A DNA stretch of 64,000 nucleotides. It comes from Trueperaceae bacterium. GTDB taxonomy: Bacteria; Deinococcota; Deinococci; Deinococcales; Trueperaceae. The notes beneath the pieces are model-generated. The model worked only from the letters and a program-made list of their open reading frames with translations, did no database searches and had not been told where the DNA came from. The DNA lies in contig OZ243913.1 of NCBI GenBank assembly GCA_965213705.1, forward strand, positions 3,072,001-3,136,000, written 5' to 3'. Position numbers and translations under genes: made by a program. This document shows, piece after piece, positions 62,426 to 64,000 of the stretch. Position 1 is the stretch's first letter; each line of letters opens with the position of its first letter.

Positions 62426-64000
62426 ATGACCAGAGCGAGCGCACAGACACAGACGAACCCAGGTGAGGAGCGGGCCGCCGCCCACATTGACGACCTCAAC
62501 GCGCTCGCCTGGGAACTGCGCCGTAGCGACACGAAGCGGTCGCTGCTGCTGGGCGACGAGGCGCTGCGGGCTGCCAAAACGGCAGCTTATGAGCGGGGCC
62601 GGGCCTGCAGCCTTTTGGTGTTGGGCTACGGCGCGATGCGCGCCGCCGACCTGCACGGCGCGCTGGACAAGCTGCAAACCGCCCTGACGAGTTTTGAGCA
62701 CTTGGGCGACAAAGAGGGCGGCCGCAGGGCGCTCAACACCCTGGGCATCGTGTACGGGCAGTCCGGCAACTACGCGGACGCGCTCAGGACGTTTTTGACC
62801 TTACAAATCCTCTGCACCGAGCTGGGCGAGCCCGAGGGCGTTGCCGAAGCGCTGAACAACACGGGCGCCGCTTACTTTCACTTGGGCGACTACGCCAACG
62901 CCCTCGAGTTTCACTTGCAAGCCCTGGCGGCGTTCAGCACTCTGCAAGACGCGGCGAGTCAAGCAGCGGGCAAGGTTCAGGCGCTCGTCAACATCGGGAT
63001 GGTCTACTTCGAGCGGGGCCGCTTCGAGCAAGCCCTGGAAGCCTTCAACCATGCCGAAACTGACAGCGACCCCGGAGACGGCTATACCCGCGCCCTTCTT
63101 TTCAACCACCTCGGCCGGACGCATTTAGAACTCGGCCAGTACGAGCAGGCGCTGGCCCGCAACGAGGAGAGTTTAAACCTCATGAACGCGCTCGAGGACC
63201 TTTTGGGCGCAAGTTATACCCGGGACGACCTGGCGGCTATTTACACCCGGCTCGGCCAAGTCGGTGCGGCGGAAAGCCACTTGTTGGGAAGTTTGAAGAC
63301 CAAACGGGCGGCGGGCGACACCAAAGGCGAGGCGGAAACCTGTTTGCAGTTGGGACGGTTGTACTTAAACCAGGGCCGGGTGGAAGCCGCCCTGGACACG
63401 CTGCACGAAAGCTTAGCGAGCGCCCAAACCAGCAACGCCAAGCTCGAGGTCTATAAAGCCCACCGCGCCCTGGCCGAAGCCTACAAAAAGAATCGGCAGT
63501 TCCGCGAGGCTTGTCTACACTTGGAAAAACACGCGCAGCTCGGCAAAGAAATGTTCGACCGAGATTCAGACCTGCGGCTGCAGGGTTTGCGCGTCCGCTA
63601 CGAAGTCGAGCAGACCGAACGGGAAAAAGAGATTTACCGGCTCAAAAACGTCGAGCTGGCGCAGGCAGTAACCGCGCTCCACGAACTCACCGCGTCGTTG
63701 CAAAGGGCGAACGACGACAAGGCGCTGCTGCTAAAGCGGCTCGAGCGCCTGACCCACGAAGACGCCCTGACCGGTCTTTACAACCGCCGCTACGCCGACA
63801 GTAAACTGGAGCAGGAGTTCGCGCGGGCGCACCGTTACAGCAAACCTTTAAGCGTCGCCGTTTGCGACATCGACTATTTCAAGCAGGTCAACGACGACTA
63901 TTCGCACCAAATAGGCGACGCGGTCCTCAAGCAAGTTTCCGAACTGTTGCGCGACGGGGTGCGGCAGAGCGACACGGTCGCCCGCTACGGGGGCGAGGAG
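62426..64000 (+). CDS. TPR-repeat diguanylate cyclase (runs off the window edge)
   Basis: Not in the ORF track. Frame MTRASAQ..IDDLNALAWELR; TPRs (ALNTLGIVYGQSGNY..AL; ALNNTGAAYFHLGDY); D.LTGLYNRR, DIDYFKQVND.Y.H..GD, I-site RQSD, and RYGGEE at the window end. Confidence 0.93.
   Translation, partial: MTRASAQTQTNPGEERAAAHIDDLNALAWELRRSDTKRSLLLGDEALRAAKTAAYERGRACSLLVLGYGAMRAADLHGALDKLQTALTSFEHLGDKEGGRRALNTLGIVYGQSGNYADALRTFLTLQILCTELGEPEGVAEALNNTGAAYFHLGDYANALEFHLQALAAFSTLQDAASQAAGKVQALVNIGMVYFERGRFEQALEAFNHAETDSDPGDGYTRALLFNHLGRTHLELGQYEQALARNEESLNLMNALEDLLGASYTRDDLAAIYTRLGQVGAAESHLLGSLKTKRAAGDTKGEAETCLQLGRLYLNQGRVEAALDTLHESLASAQTSNAKLEVYKAHRALAEAYKKNRQFREACLHLEKHAQLGKEMFDRDSDLRLQGLRVRYEVEQTEREKEIYRLKNVELAQAVTALHELTASLQRANDDKALLLKRLERLTHEDALTGLYNRRYADSKLEQEFARAHRYSKPLSVAVCDIDYFKQVNDDYSHQIGDAVLKQVSELLRDGVRQSDTVARYGGEE

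Overview
High-GC chromosomal window, most likely from a Deinococcota (Truepera-like) genome. This is inferred from many leaderless genes with a TAnnnT -10 box 5-7 nt before the start codon, a giant TamB-like protein, a Deinococcus-type wHTH protein and Deinococcus-type S8/TPR-GGDEF genes. Most of the window is housekeeping (trpC, acyP, nrdR, accD/accA, rpe, rhodanese, fdhD/YdeP, acnA, ErpA/IscA, gcvTHP, glgP). Two loci stand out. (1) A five-gene minus-strand DUF11 operon (<1-11216): its largest DUF11 protein carries the missing C-terminal strands of its last domain at its N-terminus, suggesting a covalently linked head-to-tail fimbria with a chaperone-like subunit and a large outer-membrane barrel. 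(2) A c-di-GMP module at the right end: a c-di-GMP-II riboswitch precedes a lipoprotein subtilase with three identical GRSAWSG heptapeptides, followed by a TPR-GGDEF cyclase. Window-wide signals are over-iteration of CTCGAG, many 11-21 nt tandem microduplications and a heptamer-based REP-like family at gene 3' ends. Also present: a VapBC-like toxin-antitoxin pair, a solitary HsdR-N nuclease and one frameshifted gene. No tRNA, rRNA, CRISPR array or transposase was recognised. All calls are from reading motifs by eye, with no database searches.
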